This document shows, piece by piece, positions 1 to 8,150 of a stretch of 64,000 bases of DNA (positions within the stretch are counted from its first letter, which is position 1; each line of letters begins with the position of its first letter). Origin of the DNA: Armatimonadota bacterium. GTDB taxonomy: Bacteria > Armatimonadota > SYMT01. The notes beneath the pieces were generated by a model. The model searched no databases and was not told where the DNA came from. It saw only the letters and a list, made by a program, of their open reading frames with translations. Both the position numbers and the translations under genes were made by a program. The stretch spans positions 896,001 to 960,000 of the forward strand of contig JAWLHY010000003.1 in assembly GCA_041690135.1 (NCBI GenBank), written 5' to 3'.

Positions 1-2
1 GG

Positions 3-995
3 TTGCTTGACCTGTGGATGGCTCTTGATCTGTCCGAGGCCTGGACCCCGGTCGGATGGGCAGCCGTGGCGGGCCTGGCCCTGGGTTATGGATGGCACCT
101 GCGGAACGCCGGGATGCGTCGGGTGGGGGACGGCGCTGCCTCGCTTCCGCTGCTGGCGCTGGCTTTTGAACCCGTGACCTATGCGCTATTGGAAACTGCC
201 GCGGGGGCTCCGGTCAGCCCCTGGCCGGGCTGGTTGGCGGCCTTCTCCCTGGCCGTGGGGGCGGGGGTGGCCTACCATCGTCTCGGCGACGACGAAGCAG
301 AAACGGCGGTTCCGGTCTATGCGGTGACGGCGGCCCTGCTGGGGATGGTGCGGGCGGTCCTGGCGCTAGGTCCGGGGTGGGTGCCCCTTCTCTGGCTCCT
401 GGTGACGCTGGCCCTCCTGGGGTGCGGTGTCGCGGCGGCTCGTCCCTCCTTGCGTGGGCTTGCCCTCGTTGCGGGGATCGCCCTGACGGCGCGCATCCTC
501 CTGTATGAATGGACTCCGGTTCCGGCCGACCGCTGGCTCCTCCACAGCCGTTCGGTGGCGGCACTGGCCGGGGTCGCGACGTGGGCGCTCTGCGCCCTCG
601 CCTTCCGTCGCTACGGAAACGAGACGGAGCGGCAGCAGGTGCCGGTGTTTGTGGTAACGGCGAACCTGCTGGCCCTGGCGTGGCTCTGCACGGAGGCGAT
701 GGAGGCGGCGGTCCGGTTCGGGCCTCCGGGTTGGGCTCGGGAGGGGGCCCAGTTCGCCCTTTCCGCCACCTGTGCGCTCTACGCCGCCGCGTTGATCGTG
801 GTGGGTCTGCGGCGCGAGATTCCGGCGGCTCGGTGGGGCGGCATCGTGCTTCTCCTGCTGGCTGTGCTCAAGGTCTACCTGTTCGACCTCGGTTTCCTGG
901 CGCTGGGTTACCGGGTAATGGCATTCCTCGTGATGGCAGTGGTGTTGCTGGGGATCAGCTATCTCTACCAGCGGCGGCTGCCTCGTTCTGGATAA
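3..995 (+). CDS. DUF2339-like polytopic membrane protein (5'-truncated by window edge)
   Basis: Many TM segments; C-terminal 'RWGGIVLLLLAVLKVYLFDLGFLALGYRVMAFLVMAVVLLGISYLYQR' is typical of DUF2339 C-termini. Confidence 0.75.
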   Translation: MLDLWMALDLSEAWTPVGWAAVAGLALGYGWHLRNAGMRRVGDGAASLPLLALAFEPVTYALLETAAGAPVSPWPGWLAAFSLAVGAGVAYHRLGDDEAETAVPVYAVTAALLGMVRAVLALGPGWVPLLWLLVTLALLGCGVAAARPSLRGLALVAGIALTARILLYEWTPVPADRWLLHSRSVAALAGVATWALCALAFRRYGNETERQQVPVFVVTANLLALAWLCTEAMEAAVRFGPPGWAREGAQFALSATCALYAAALIVVGLRREIPAARWGGIVLLLLAVLKVYLFDLGFLALGYRVMAFLVMAVVLLGISYLYQRRLPRSG

Positions 996-1521
996 GGCGG
1001 GTCGCCTCCCGCAGATCGTTGGCCTGGAAATCCGCGTCGGTCGCACCCGGGCCGATGCGGACCGTCCGGCAGCCGGCCGCCTGCCCCGCGCGGACATCGC
1101 TCTCCTTGTCGCCGACCATCCAGCACTCCGGGAGGTCGAAGCCGAGCGTCTCCGCCGCCGAGTGCAGCATTCCGGGAGCGGGCTTCCGGTGGTCGCAGGC
1201 CGTCCGGAACCGGGGCTCGCTCCCCTCGGGGTGGTGCGGGCAGTAGTAGAGCGCGTCCAGCCGGATCCCTTCGTCCGCGAGTTGCGCAATGAGGCGGTCG
1301 TGTATCGCCTCCAGCGTCTCCAGGGAGAACTTGCCCCGCGCAATTCCGGATTGGTTCGTTACCACCACCAGCCGCCAGCCTTCGCTCTGGAGCAGCCGCA
1401 AGCCTTCCGCCACGCCGGGCAGCAACGCGATACGGTCCGGGTCGTCGGGGTAACCGGTGTCTTCGATCAGCACCCCGTCCCGGTCCAGGAATATGGCCCG
1501 TCGACCGTCGCGCTCCAGCAT
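955..1521 (-). CDS. gmhB: HAD-IIIA phosphatase, D-glycero-manno-heptose 1,7-bisphosphate phosphatase (GmhB-like)
   Basis: FLDRDGVL, VVTNQSGIARG, YCPHHP..CDHRKPAPGM and MVGDKESD motifs; start placed at ATG 1521. Confidence 0.85.
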   Translation of the reverse strand: MLERDGRRAIFLDRDGVLIEDTGYPDDPDRIALLPGVAEGLRLLQSEGWRLVVVTNQSGIARGKFSLETLEAIHDRLIAQLADEGIRLDALYYCPHHPEGSEPRFRTACDHRKPAPGMLHSAAETLGFDLPECWMVGDKESDVRAGQAAGCRTVRIGPGATDADFQANDLREATRLIQNEAAAAGRDS

Positions 1522-1568
1522 CGGCCCGTGCCGGGCCGGACAGGGGGTGTGGGGTACAGAGCCTTCCA

Positions 1569-2315
1569 TTATGCCTGGATGAGCCGCCATGGTCGCCGCT
1601 TTCGCTCCAGGCGCTTGCGTACGTAGCCGGCCAGGGGAGCCGCCAGCAGGCATACCGGTAACCAGAAAAAGGTCAGTACGAGGGACATCGCCGTGAGCGA
1701 GTGGGTCGATCCATTGAGGAAGGCGGACATGAGACCGGAGATGGCCGCCATCGTTGCCACCCCGGCACAGCCGGCCAGTAAATGCCAGCGCCGGGTCAGT
1801 CCGCCGATGGCCGCGCCGACCACCAGGGGGAACAGCCCGCCGGCCACCCAGATCACCTGCGGGGTGGGGGCGACGCTTTCCCCGACCAGCGCGTGCAGGA
1901 CCAGCCAGACACACAGGGCAGGGGGAGCAGCGCAGACGATGCCGGTCCGGACGGCCTGGGCCATGCTCTCCTGCGGCTCGTGGCCCACATGCCACTCCTG
2001 GAGCCACTGCCGGGCCAGGACCGCCGGATTGCCGAATTGGGACAGGGCATAGCTGACGGCATCGTACTCACTGCCGTCCAACTCTCGCCGGGCCTCGGCG
2101 ATCGCCTCCACGTGCGCCCGGAGCTCAGCGCGCAGCTCGCGGCGCCGCTGATATGGCACGTGACCGACCAGCGGGGCACAGACGTGGTCGAGGTAATCCT
2201 CGATCCGGGGATCGGCTCCCGTCGGATGGACCGCTTCAGGCTGCGGGCTCGGCTCCAGGGAAGCCGGGGAGTAGCCTTCCGCGCTCCGGCACGTTGTCAG
2301 GTTCTGATTCGTCAT
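1569..2315 (-). CDS. Membrane protein with permease-prefix/HAAS-like N-terminal domain
   Basis: 'IEDYLDHV...ELRAHVE...ALSQFGNPAVLARQW' followed by about 4 TM helices; directly downstream of PadR, a common pairing. Confidence 0.7.
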   Translation of the reverse strand: MTNQNLTTCRSAEGYSPASLEPSPQPEAVHPTGADPRIEDYLDHVCAPLVGHVPYQRRRELRAELRAHVEAIAEARRELDGSEYDAVSYALSQFGNPAVLARQWLQEWHVGHEPQESMAQAVRTGIVCAAPPALCVWLVLHALVGESVAPTPQVIWVAGGLFPLVVGAAIGGLTRRWHLLAGCAGVATMAAISGLMSAFLNGSTHSLTAMSLVLTFFWLPVCLLAAPLAGYVRKRLERKRRPWRLIQA

Positions 2316-2646
2316 CTCCGTCTCCCGCGATCACGCGATGCACCGCGGAGCTGAACCGCTCCCAGGCGCGGGTCCGTTCTTCCAGGGCTCCATGGCCCGC
2401 CGGGGTGAGCAGGTAGACCCGTCGCTCGCGTCCCTGGTCGGTGCGGCGCCACTCGCCGGCAATCAGCCCCTGCTGCTCCAGCGCGTGGAGCGCCGGATAG
2501 AGAGTGCCTTCCTTGAACTTGAGCGTGTGGCCGCTTCGCCGCTCGATCTCGCGCGCGATGCCGTAGCCGTGGAGCGGACCGTCTCGCAAAACGGCCAGCA
2601 CCAGCGTGGGGGTATTCCCTTTCAGTAGCTCGCGATCGGTATCCAT
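2236..2646 (-). CDS. PadR family transcriptional regulator
   Basis: 'LLKGNTPTLVLAVL..GPLHGYGI...KEGTLYPALHALE..GLI...RRVYLLT' winged-helix signature. Confidence 0.92.
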   Translation of the reverse strand: MDTDRELLKGNTPTLVLAVLRDGPLHGYGIAREIERRSGHTLKFKEGTLYPALHALEQQGLIAGEWRRTDQGRERRVYLLTPAGHGALEERTRAWERFSSAVHRVIAGDGDDESEPDNVPERGRLLPGFPGAEPAA

Positions 2647-2681
2647 GCGCCGGTCTGGTCTCCATCCCTCGGCTATTAATA

Positions 2682-2700
2682 TATATCGGAATCCGAGGTA
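2682..2700. promoter_or_regulatory. Candidate PadR autoregulatory operator
   Basis: Imperfect palindrome TATATCGGAATCCGAGGTA in an AT-rich patch 36-54 bp upstream of the padR start. Confidence 0.5.
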
Positions 2701-2777
2701 GCGTCCACCAGCCGGATTTTCCAACCGAGCCCCTCAGCAGTATGATGGAAGAGAGACCGGAGAACCTGAAAGGCAGC

Positions 2778-3911
2778 ATGTATTTCGATAACGCCGCAAC
2801 CAGCTTTCCGAAGCCGGAGACCGTCTACACGGAGGTAGACCGTTTCCTGCGCACTTCCGCGGCCAACCCGGGGAGGTCCGGCCATGGCATGGCGGTGGAA
2901 GCCGAGCGGGTGGTGGTCCGTACGCGCGCCCGCCTCGCCCGCCTGATCGGCGCGCCGCGACCGGACAACGTGGTCTTTACCCTTAACGCCACTCACGCCC
3001 TGAACCAGGCTTTGAAGGGCTGGCTGCGGCCGGGCGATACCGTTGTGACCACGGCCCTGGAACATAACTCCGTGGCCCGCCCGCTGCGGTCGCTGGAGCG
3101 CGCGGGCGTACGCCTGATCCGGGTACCCTGTCCCCAGGGGAAGTTCGATCTCGAAACCTTTCTGGAGGCCATTAGACCCGGAGTGCGGCTGGTCGCGATG
3201 ACGCACGCAAGCAACGTCACCGGGGAGATCCTGCCGGTGGAGGCGGTGGGCGCCTCCTGCCGGGAGCGCGGCGTGCGGCTTCTGGTCGACGCCGCCCAGA
3301 CCGCCGGGGCGCACCCGCTCCACGTGCGGGAGATGGGAATCGACCTGCTGGCGCTGCCGGGGCATAAGGGGCTTTTTGGGCCACCGGGTACCGGCGCTCT
3401 GTACGTGGCGGAAGGATTGGAGTTGGCCCCGTTGTGGGAAGGGGGAACGGGCAGCCGCTCGGAGTCCGATGCGCAGCCTGAAACAACACCGGACCGCTTC
3501 GAGAGCGGCACACAGAATACGGCAGGGCTTGCGGGCCTGGGGGCGGGTCTCGCGTGGATCGAGGAGACGGGGCTGGCGGCGATCCGCCAACGGGAAGAAA
3601 ACCGGGTTGCGCACCTGTGGGAGGGGCTCTCGCAATTGACCGCGGTGCGCCTGCTGGGGCCGCCTCCCGGCGCGGAGCGGGCGGCGGTGGTGAGCTTCAC
3701 CCTGGAAGGCTGGGAGCCGACGGACGTAGCGGCGGTGCTGGACCAGAGCTTCGAGATCCAGTGCCGGCCGGGTCTGCATTGCTCGCCCTGGGCGCATGAG
3801 AGCCTGGGAACGCTTCCGGGCGGAACCATTCGGCTCAGCCCGGGTTACTTTAATACGGAAGACGAAGTGGAAGCGGTGATCCGCGCGGTCGAAGCGCTTG
3901 GCGCTTCATAG
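2778..3911 (+). CDS. Cysteine desulfurase family aminotransferase class V
   Basis: YFDNAATS, HASNVTG, DAAQTAG, PGHKGL (PLP Lys), ESGT and RPGLHC (catalytic Cys). Confidence 0.92.
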   Translation: MYFDNAATSFPKPETVYTEVDRFLRTSAANPGRSGHGMAVEAERVVVRTRARLARLIGAPRPDNVVFTLNATHALNQALKGWLRPGDTVVTTALEHNSVARPLRSLERAGVRLIRVPCPQGKFDLETFLEAIRPGVRLVAMTHASNVTGEILPVEAVGASCRERGVRLLVDAAQTAGAHPLHVREMGIDLLALPGHKGLFGPPGTGALYVAEGLELAPLWEGGTGSRSESDAQPETTPDRFESGTQNTAGLAGLGAGLAWIEETGLAAIRQREENRVAHLWEGLSQLTAVRLLGPPPGAERAAVVSFTLEGWEPTDVAAVLDQSFEIQCRPGLHCSPWAHESLGTLPGGTIRLSPGYFNTEDEVEAVIRAVEALGAS

Positions 3912-3920
3912 GGACAAACG

Positions 3921-5252
3921 ATGTGGAGAGAATTGCTGGGTCTGGAGAAGAAGCCGCAGAACCTGATGGAGTTGGTCACGCCGCGCCACTCCTTCGCGGA
4001 CGTGGTGCTGCCGGAAGAGACGCGGCAACAGCTCTACGAAGCGCTGACCCAGATCGATAAGCACCGGTTGATTTTCGGGCATTGGGGTCTGGGCGAGAAG
4101 CACCCGACGGCGCTGGGGCTCGCCTTCAACTTTGCCGGCCCCCCGGGCACGGGCAAAACCATTTGTGCCGAGGCGGTGGCTTTCGCGCTGGGGCGGAAAC
4201 TGCTGCGCGTGCGGTACTCGGAACTGGAGAGCTGCTGGGCGGGCGAGACCAGCAAGAACCTGCGCGCTGTCTTTCGCGACGCGCGCGCCCAGGGCGCCGT
4301 GCTGTTCTTCGACGAGGCGGACAGCGTGGCGACCCGTCGCTTCAGCAACGTCCAGAGTGGTTACGAGCGCGAGGCGAACCAGGCGGTGAACGTGCTCTTG
4401 ATGGAGCTGGAAGAGCATGACGGAGTGGTGATCTTCGCCACCAACATGGCCTCCAACTTCGATCCCGCGTTCGAGCGTCGCGTTCGGACGCACATCCTGT
4501 TCCGCGCTCCGAACGCGGACGAGCGGGAGCGAATCTGGAAGCTCCAGGTGCATCCGGAGAAAACGCCGCTCGGCTCGGACGTCAGCTTCCGGGAGCTGGC
4601 GGAGCGGTTCGAGGTGACCGGCGGCGACATCCGAAACGCCATCCTGAAGGCGGCCCAGATGGCCGCGGCCGAAGAAGGTCCGGACGAGACGAAGCGGATT
4701 CTGCAGAAGCACTTCGTCGCCGGCATCGAGCAGGTGCTCCGCGGCAAGCAGGTGATGCAGCAGAACGTCGCCGAGGGCGCCGCGGAAGAGCAGCTCTGGC
4801 GGCAGATGATCGAGTCCGCGGAGAAGCGCCTCGGCGCGCTCGACGGGGACCTTCAGGCCTGTCGCACCGAGCTGGCCCTGGTGGCGGAAGATCAGGAAGC
4901 GGCGACCCGCCGCGGCCTGGCGCTCGAAACGGAAGTCCGGACCATGTCCGAGGGGCTGGCGGCGCTTCGCGGCGACGTCGCGATCCAGGCCGAAAGTCTC
5001 CGGGGCGACGTAGCGGCTCTCCGCGAGAAGCTGGACCAGCAGGCCGTTAACCAGACCACCGCCCTGCAGCAGTGGCAAGGGGAGCGGGATACCGCGCTGC
5101 AGCGCCTTGAAGAGCGGTTGAAGGGCCAGGAAGAACAGCTCCGGAGCGCGACCCTGATCCCCTGGTCGCGCCCGGTGACCGTAACCGCACTCTCGCTGTT
5201 CGGCCTGCTGATGCTGGTCCTGGGTCTGCTGGGAGGCCGGCTGCTGGGTTAG
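3921..5252 (+). CDS. AAA+ ATPase with C-terminal coiled coil and tail TM helix
   Basis: Walker A GPPGTGKT, Walker B LFFDEAD, SRH 'ATN...FDPAFERR'; heptad-rich region then hydrophobic C-terminus. Confidence 0.88.
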   Translation: MWRELLGLEKKPQNLMELVTPRHSFADVVLPEETRQQLYEALTQIDKHRLIFGHWGLGEKHPTALGLAFNFAGPPGTGKTICAEAVAFALGRKLLRVRYSELESCWAGETSKNLRAVFRDARAQGAVLFFDEADSVATRRFSNVQSGYEREANQAVNVLLMELEEHDGVVIFATNMASNFDPAFERRVRTHILFRAPNADERERIWKLQVHPEKTPLGSDVSFRELAERFEVTGGDIRNAILKAAQMAAAEEGPDETKRILQKHFVAGIEQVLRGKQVMQQNVAEGAAEEQLWRQMIESAEKRLGALDGDLQACRTELALVAEDQEAATRRGLALETEVRTMSEGLAALRGDVAIQAESLRGDVAALREKLDQQAVNQTTALQQWQGERDTALQRLEERLKGQEEQLRSATLIPWSRPVTVTALSLFGLLMLVLGLLGGRLLG

Positions 5253-5264
5253 AAAACCCGCTCT

Positions 5265-5546
5265 CTATTCGGCGCCGGTAAGCTGCGGCGCCGACACGGC
5301 ACCCAATCCGCGCGCGGTGAGCGCGTCTTCCAGGTGCGTCGTGGCGGCGCGCAGCAGGCTCAGGATCTCATCCGCCTGCAATGGGCCGCTGCGCTTCAGT
5401 CGCTTCTCGGATGCCGCCAGACAGAACAGCGCTTCCCGGATCGGATCCTCTTCACCCCGCGGTTTCCCGTGCCCGGAATGGGACCGGGTACCGGGAAGCG
5501 GGCGCTCCTGGGTCGAGGGGATGCTGGTGGTGATAGTTTCTGCCAT
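5265..5546 (-). CDS. Hypothetical protein
   Basis: 93-aa ATG ORF filling the gap between genes; no recognised motif. Confidence 0.45.
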   Translation of the reverse strand: MAETITTSIPSTQERPLPGTRSHSGHGKPRGEEDPIREALFCLAASEKRLKRSGPLQADEILSLLRAATTHLEDALTARGLGAVSAPQLTGAE

Positions 5547-5843
5547 AGGTGCGTGGGATACTCAAGGGGACGAACTGCGCGCCCCGTTACCGCCCGGTTG
5601 AAAGCGTACCGCCGGATAGTATATCACTGGTAGGGGCCGGTGTAGATGTCACCTTGAGGTAGCTCTTTCGGTGGATCAGCACTGCCCTTCTGCATGAGTT
5701 GTCGGTCCCGAGCCCATCAAAGACAAACGTGATTGGCCGCTGTTTTCCTCTCCCTGCGCATCACGCCGGTTACCGGCATCTACCGCAGGATCCATGAGAC
5801 AGTAGAAACAGCGGTCGGAGAAGGCAAGGGAGAGGGGAAGGGA

Positions 5844-6500
5844 ATGAAGAACGCGAGGGTCTGCCCACCGTGGCGCTGGTCTGGCTATCCGGCCGCTTTC
5901 GCACTCCTCGCGTTCGGCATGGGGAGAACGGAAGCCCAGACCCGTCCCGCCCCGAAACCGGCACCCAAACCCGCACCCAAAGCCGCCCCGAAGACGCCCA
6001 CCCGGAGCACCCCCACTCCCTCCAAGGCACGTCCCGCCACTCCCGGCAAGGCGGCGCCGAAAGGAGCTGCCACCGGGAAGCCGGCTCCTGCTCCACCCGC
6101 GGTCGTGACCGCCGGGAACCTCCCGGCCACGCTCAAGACCCTCGGCTATCCGTCGAAGGCGGTGGGTCCTTACCAGCGCATCGAGGTGGTGGAAGAGAAA
6201 TACGGCTACCTGATCGACCTCAGCTTCACGAAGACCGGGGAGTGGCTGGTGTGCATGGCCCACCTGGCGCCCATCGCCGACCTCACCCAGGTCCGGGCCG
6301 CCTCCCTGCTGAACCTGCTCTCCCAGAACGACTCCCTGCTCGGGATGTACTTCAGCTACAACCGCGAGAACGCGCAGTTGATGCTGAATGCTTCCCTCCC
6401 CAGTCGCGGCCTCACCCCCACCGATCTGCAGAAGACGATCGAGGGGGTCAAGCTGACTGTTCGCCGCACCGAAGGCCTTTGGGACCTCGGAAACCCGTAA
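5844..6500 (+). CDS. Secreted Pro/Lys-rich protein with YbjN/CesT-like C-terminal domain
   Basis: Signal-peptide-like N-terminus, PAPK repeats, C-terminal 'LLNLLSQN..LGMYFSYNRENAQLMLNASLP..GLTPTDLQKTI...W' pattern; purine-rich RBS. Confidence 0.55.
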   Translation: MKNARVCPPWRWSGYPAAFALLAFGMGRTEAQTRPAPKPAPKPAPKAAPKTPTRSTPTPSKARPATPGKAAPKGAATGKPAPAPPAVVTAGNLPATLKTLGYPSKAVGPYQRIEVVEEKYGYLIDLSFTKTGEWLVCMAHLAPIADLTQVRAASLLNLLSQNDSLLGMYFSYNRENAQLMLNASLPSRGLTPTDLQKTIEGVKLTVRRTEGLWDLGNP

Positions 6501-6683
6501 ACGCTCAAGAGCGCGTGAACCTCCTCGGAGACCTCTGCGGCTATCCGCGTGATTGGTGGTTACGAAACGGTTCGGGCGCGCGTCTAAACGGAAGCTGCCG
6601 CAACAGGACCGCGCTTGGGTGATCCTGTTCGGGCAGGGCGCCGCTTCCGGTACGTTGGAAGCCGGGCCGTGTGAGGTGTCCGT

Positions 6684-8003
6684 ATGCGACATCGTACGGG
6701 TTACCGAGCCGTTTGGCTCATCCTCTTTTTCATTGCGTCGCCGTCAACTGGGGAGACTTCCGAGGCGAACCCGCGTCAGGCACGAAATTCGGGCAGCGTA
6801 AGCACGGCCGTACTCGAACCGGAACAGCGACAGGCATTGGAAGAAGCTCTCAGAGACGGACATGTTATGACGCCGATCGCGGCCGTCCAGAGAGTGCGGA
6901 AGTTTCTGGGGCGTCCACAAGCACCGGTACGGCTTATCCATTATGCTGATGATAGCGATTACCGCGGCGGTCGAAGTTACTCCTTCAAAGTTGCGGGATC
7001 GGCCATCAGCGGATGCCCGCATGAATGGGACATGTGGGTCTCCGCGACGCACGGGCACGTGTTCATGCTGGAATGTGAAACCTGCCGGAACCAGGATTCT
7101 TGTGCTCCACCGGTGGCTGACGAAGCGGACGCGGCGCTTATCGCCGAACGATTCCTCCGAGGGCACTGGGCGGATTTCGCCAAGAGGAAATGGACGCGAG
7201 AACACCCTTGGGGCAGATCCGATGACGGCCCATCCCATACGTTCTACTGGACGCAATTGCTCAACGGAGCTGGCACTCGGGCGGCCGATCGGGTCTCGGT
7301 GGAAATAAGGAAGAGTACCGGGCGGGTGGTGTCCTGCTGGTATCCGGAGTTACGCATCTACTGCGGAACCGTCCCCAGAGTAACGTTGGAACAGGCGCGT
7401 GTGCTCGCCGCGCCGCAAGCTCAATGGAATCCGGAAGAGGTTCCCTTCACCCGCTGCTATCCGGAGCTCTTCGAGTACGACTACGGCCTGATGGCCCTGG
7501 TGTGGCAACTGTACCAGGAGCGGATGGACCCCGTCACCGGAAAAGTCGACCGGCTCTGCGTGACAGTAGACGCCTTGCGGGGCAAATGCCATCCGCCATT
7601 TGCCGGCGTCCCCAGGGAGTGGCTTTCGGAGGCGTGGCGTCGACCGCTCCGAGAGCAAGCCGAAAAACTGCAGCGACAGCTATCTCAGGGCCAGGATTCG
7701 GAAGTGGAATTAGAGGTGCACGAGGGAATCGTGCGGTGGTGGGGCTGTTCACCCGTGATGCGGAACGGGGAAGTGTGGCTCCGCCTGGAGATCCTGCGGA
7801 GTTGGGGAGTGCGCGTCTACGAACACGCCGGCAGAATGTACCTGCAATACGGCGGCCGAAAACACCTTGTCGAGGCGGTGGGTGGGGAACTTCGGGAACA
7901 GAGTTGGTGGGTTCCTCTACGGCGTGTGGCGAAGGTGCTTGGCTGGCGAGTCGCCCGCAGCCGTTTCAGCGGCGCCTATCAGATTCTGACGCCGGAGGAC
8001 TGA
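6684..8003 (+). CDS. Hypothetical secreted protein (PepSY/YcdB-like segments, C-terminal copper-amine-oxidase-N-like domain)
   Basis: Signal peptide; 'A..IAERFL' and 'VTLEQARVLA...VTVDALRG' PepSY-like segments; C-terminal 'WVPLRRVAKVLGWRV'. Confidence 0.5.
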   Translation: MRHRTGYRAVWLILFFIASPSTGETSEANPRQARNSGSVSTAVLEPEQRQALEEALRDGHVMTPIAAVQRVRKFLGRPQAPVRLIHYADDSDYRGGRSYSFKVAGSAISGCPHEWDMWVSATHGHVFMLECETCRNQDSCAPPVADEADAALIAERFLRGHWADFAKRKWTREHPWGRSDDGPSHTFYWTQLLNGAGTRAADRVSVEIRKSTGRVVSCWYPELRIYCGTVPRVTLEQARVLAAPQAQWNPEEVPFTRCYPELFEYDYGLMALVWQLYQERMDPVTGKVDRLCVTVDALRGKCHPPFAGVPREWLSEAWRRPLREQAEKLQRQLSQGQDSEVELEVHEGIVRWWGCSPVMRNGEVWLRLEILRSWGVRVYEHAGRMYLQYGGRKHLVEAVGGELREQSWWVPLRRVAKVLGWRVARSRFSGAYQILTPED

Positions 8004-8150
8004 CCCCATACGCTCTTGGTTTGCCCCGTTCAGAGGATCACCGGAGGAAAATCCGAAACATCATCGCGTGTAAAGCGACCCAACTGGCAGGCGCTGGTTT
8101 CGACTCACACCGTGCCCCGTTTGTCACGCGAGAGGAAGCGGGAGTTCCCC

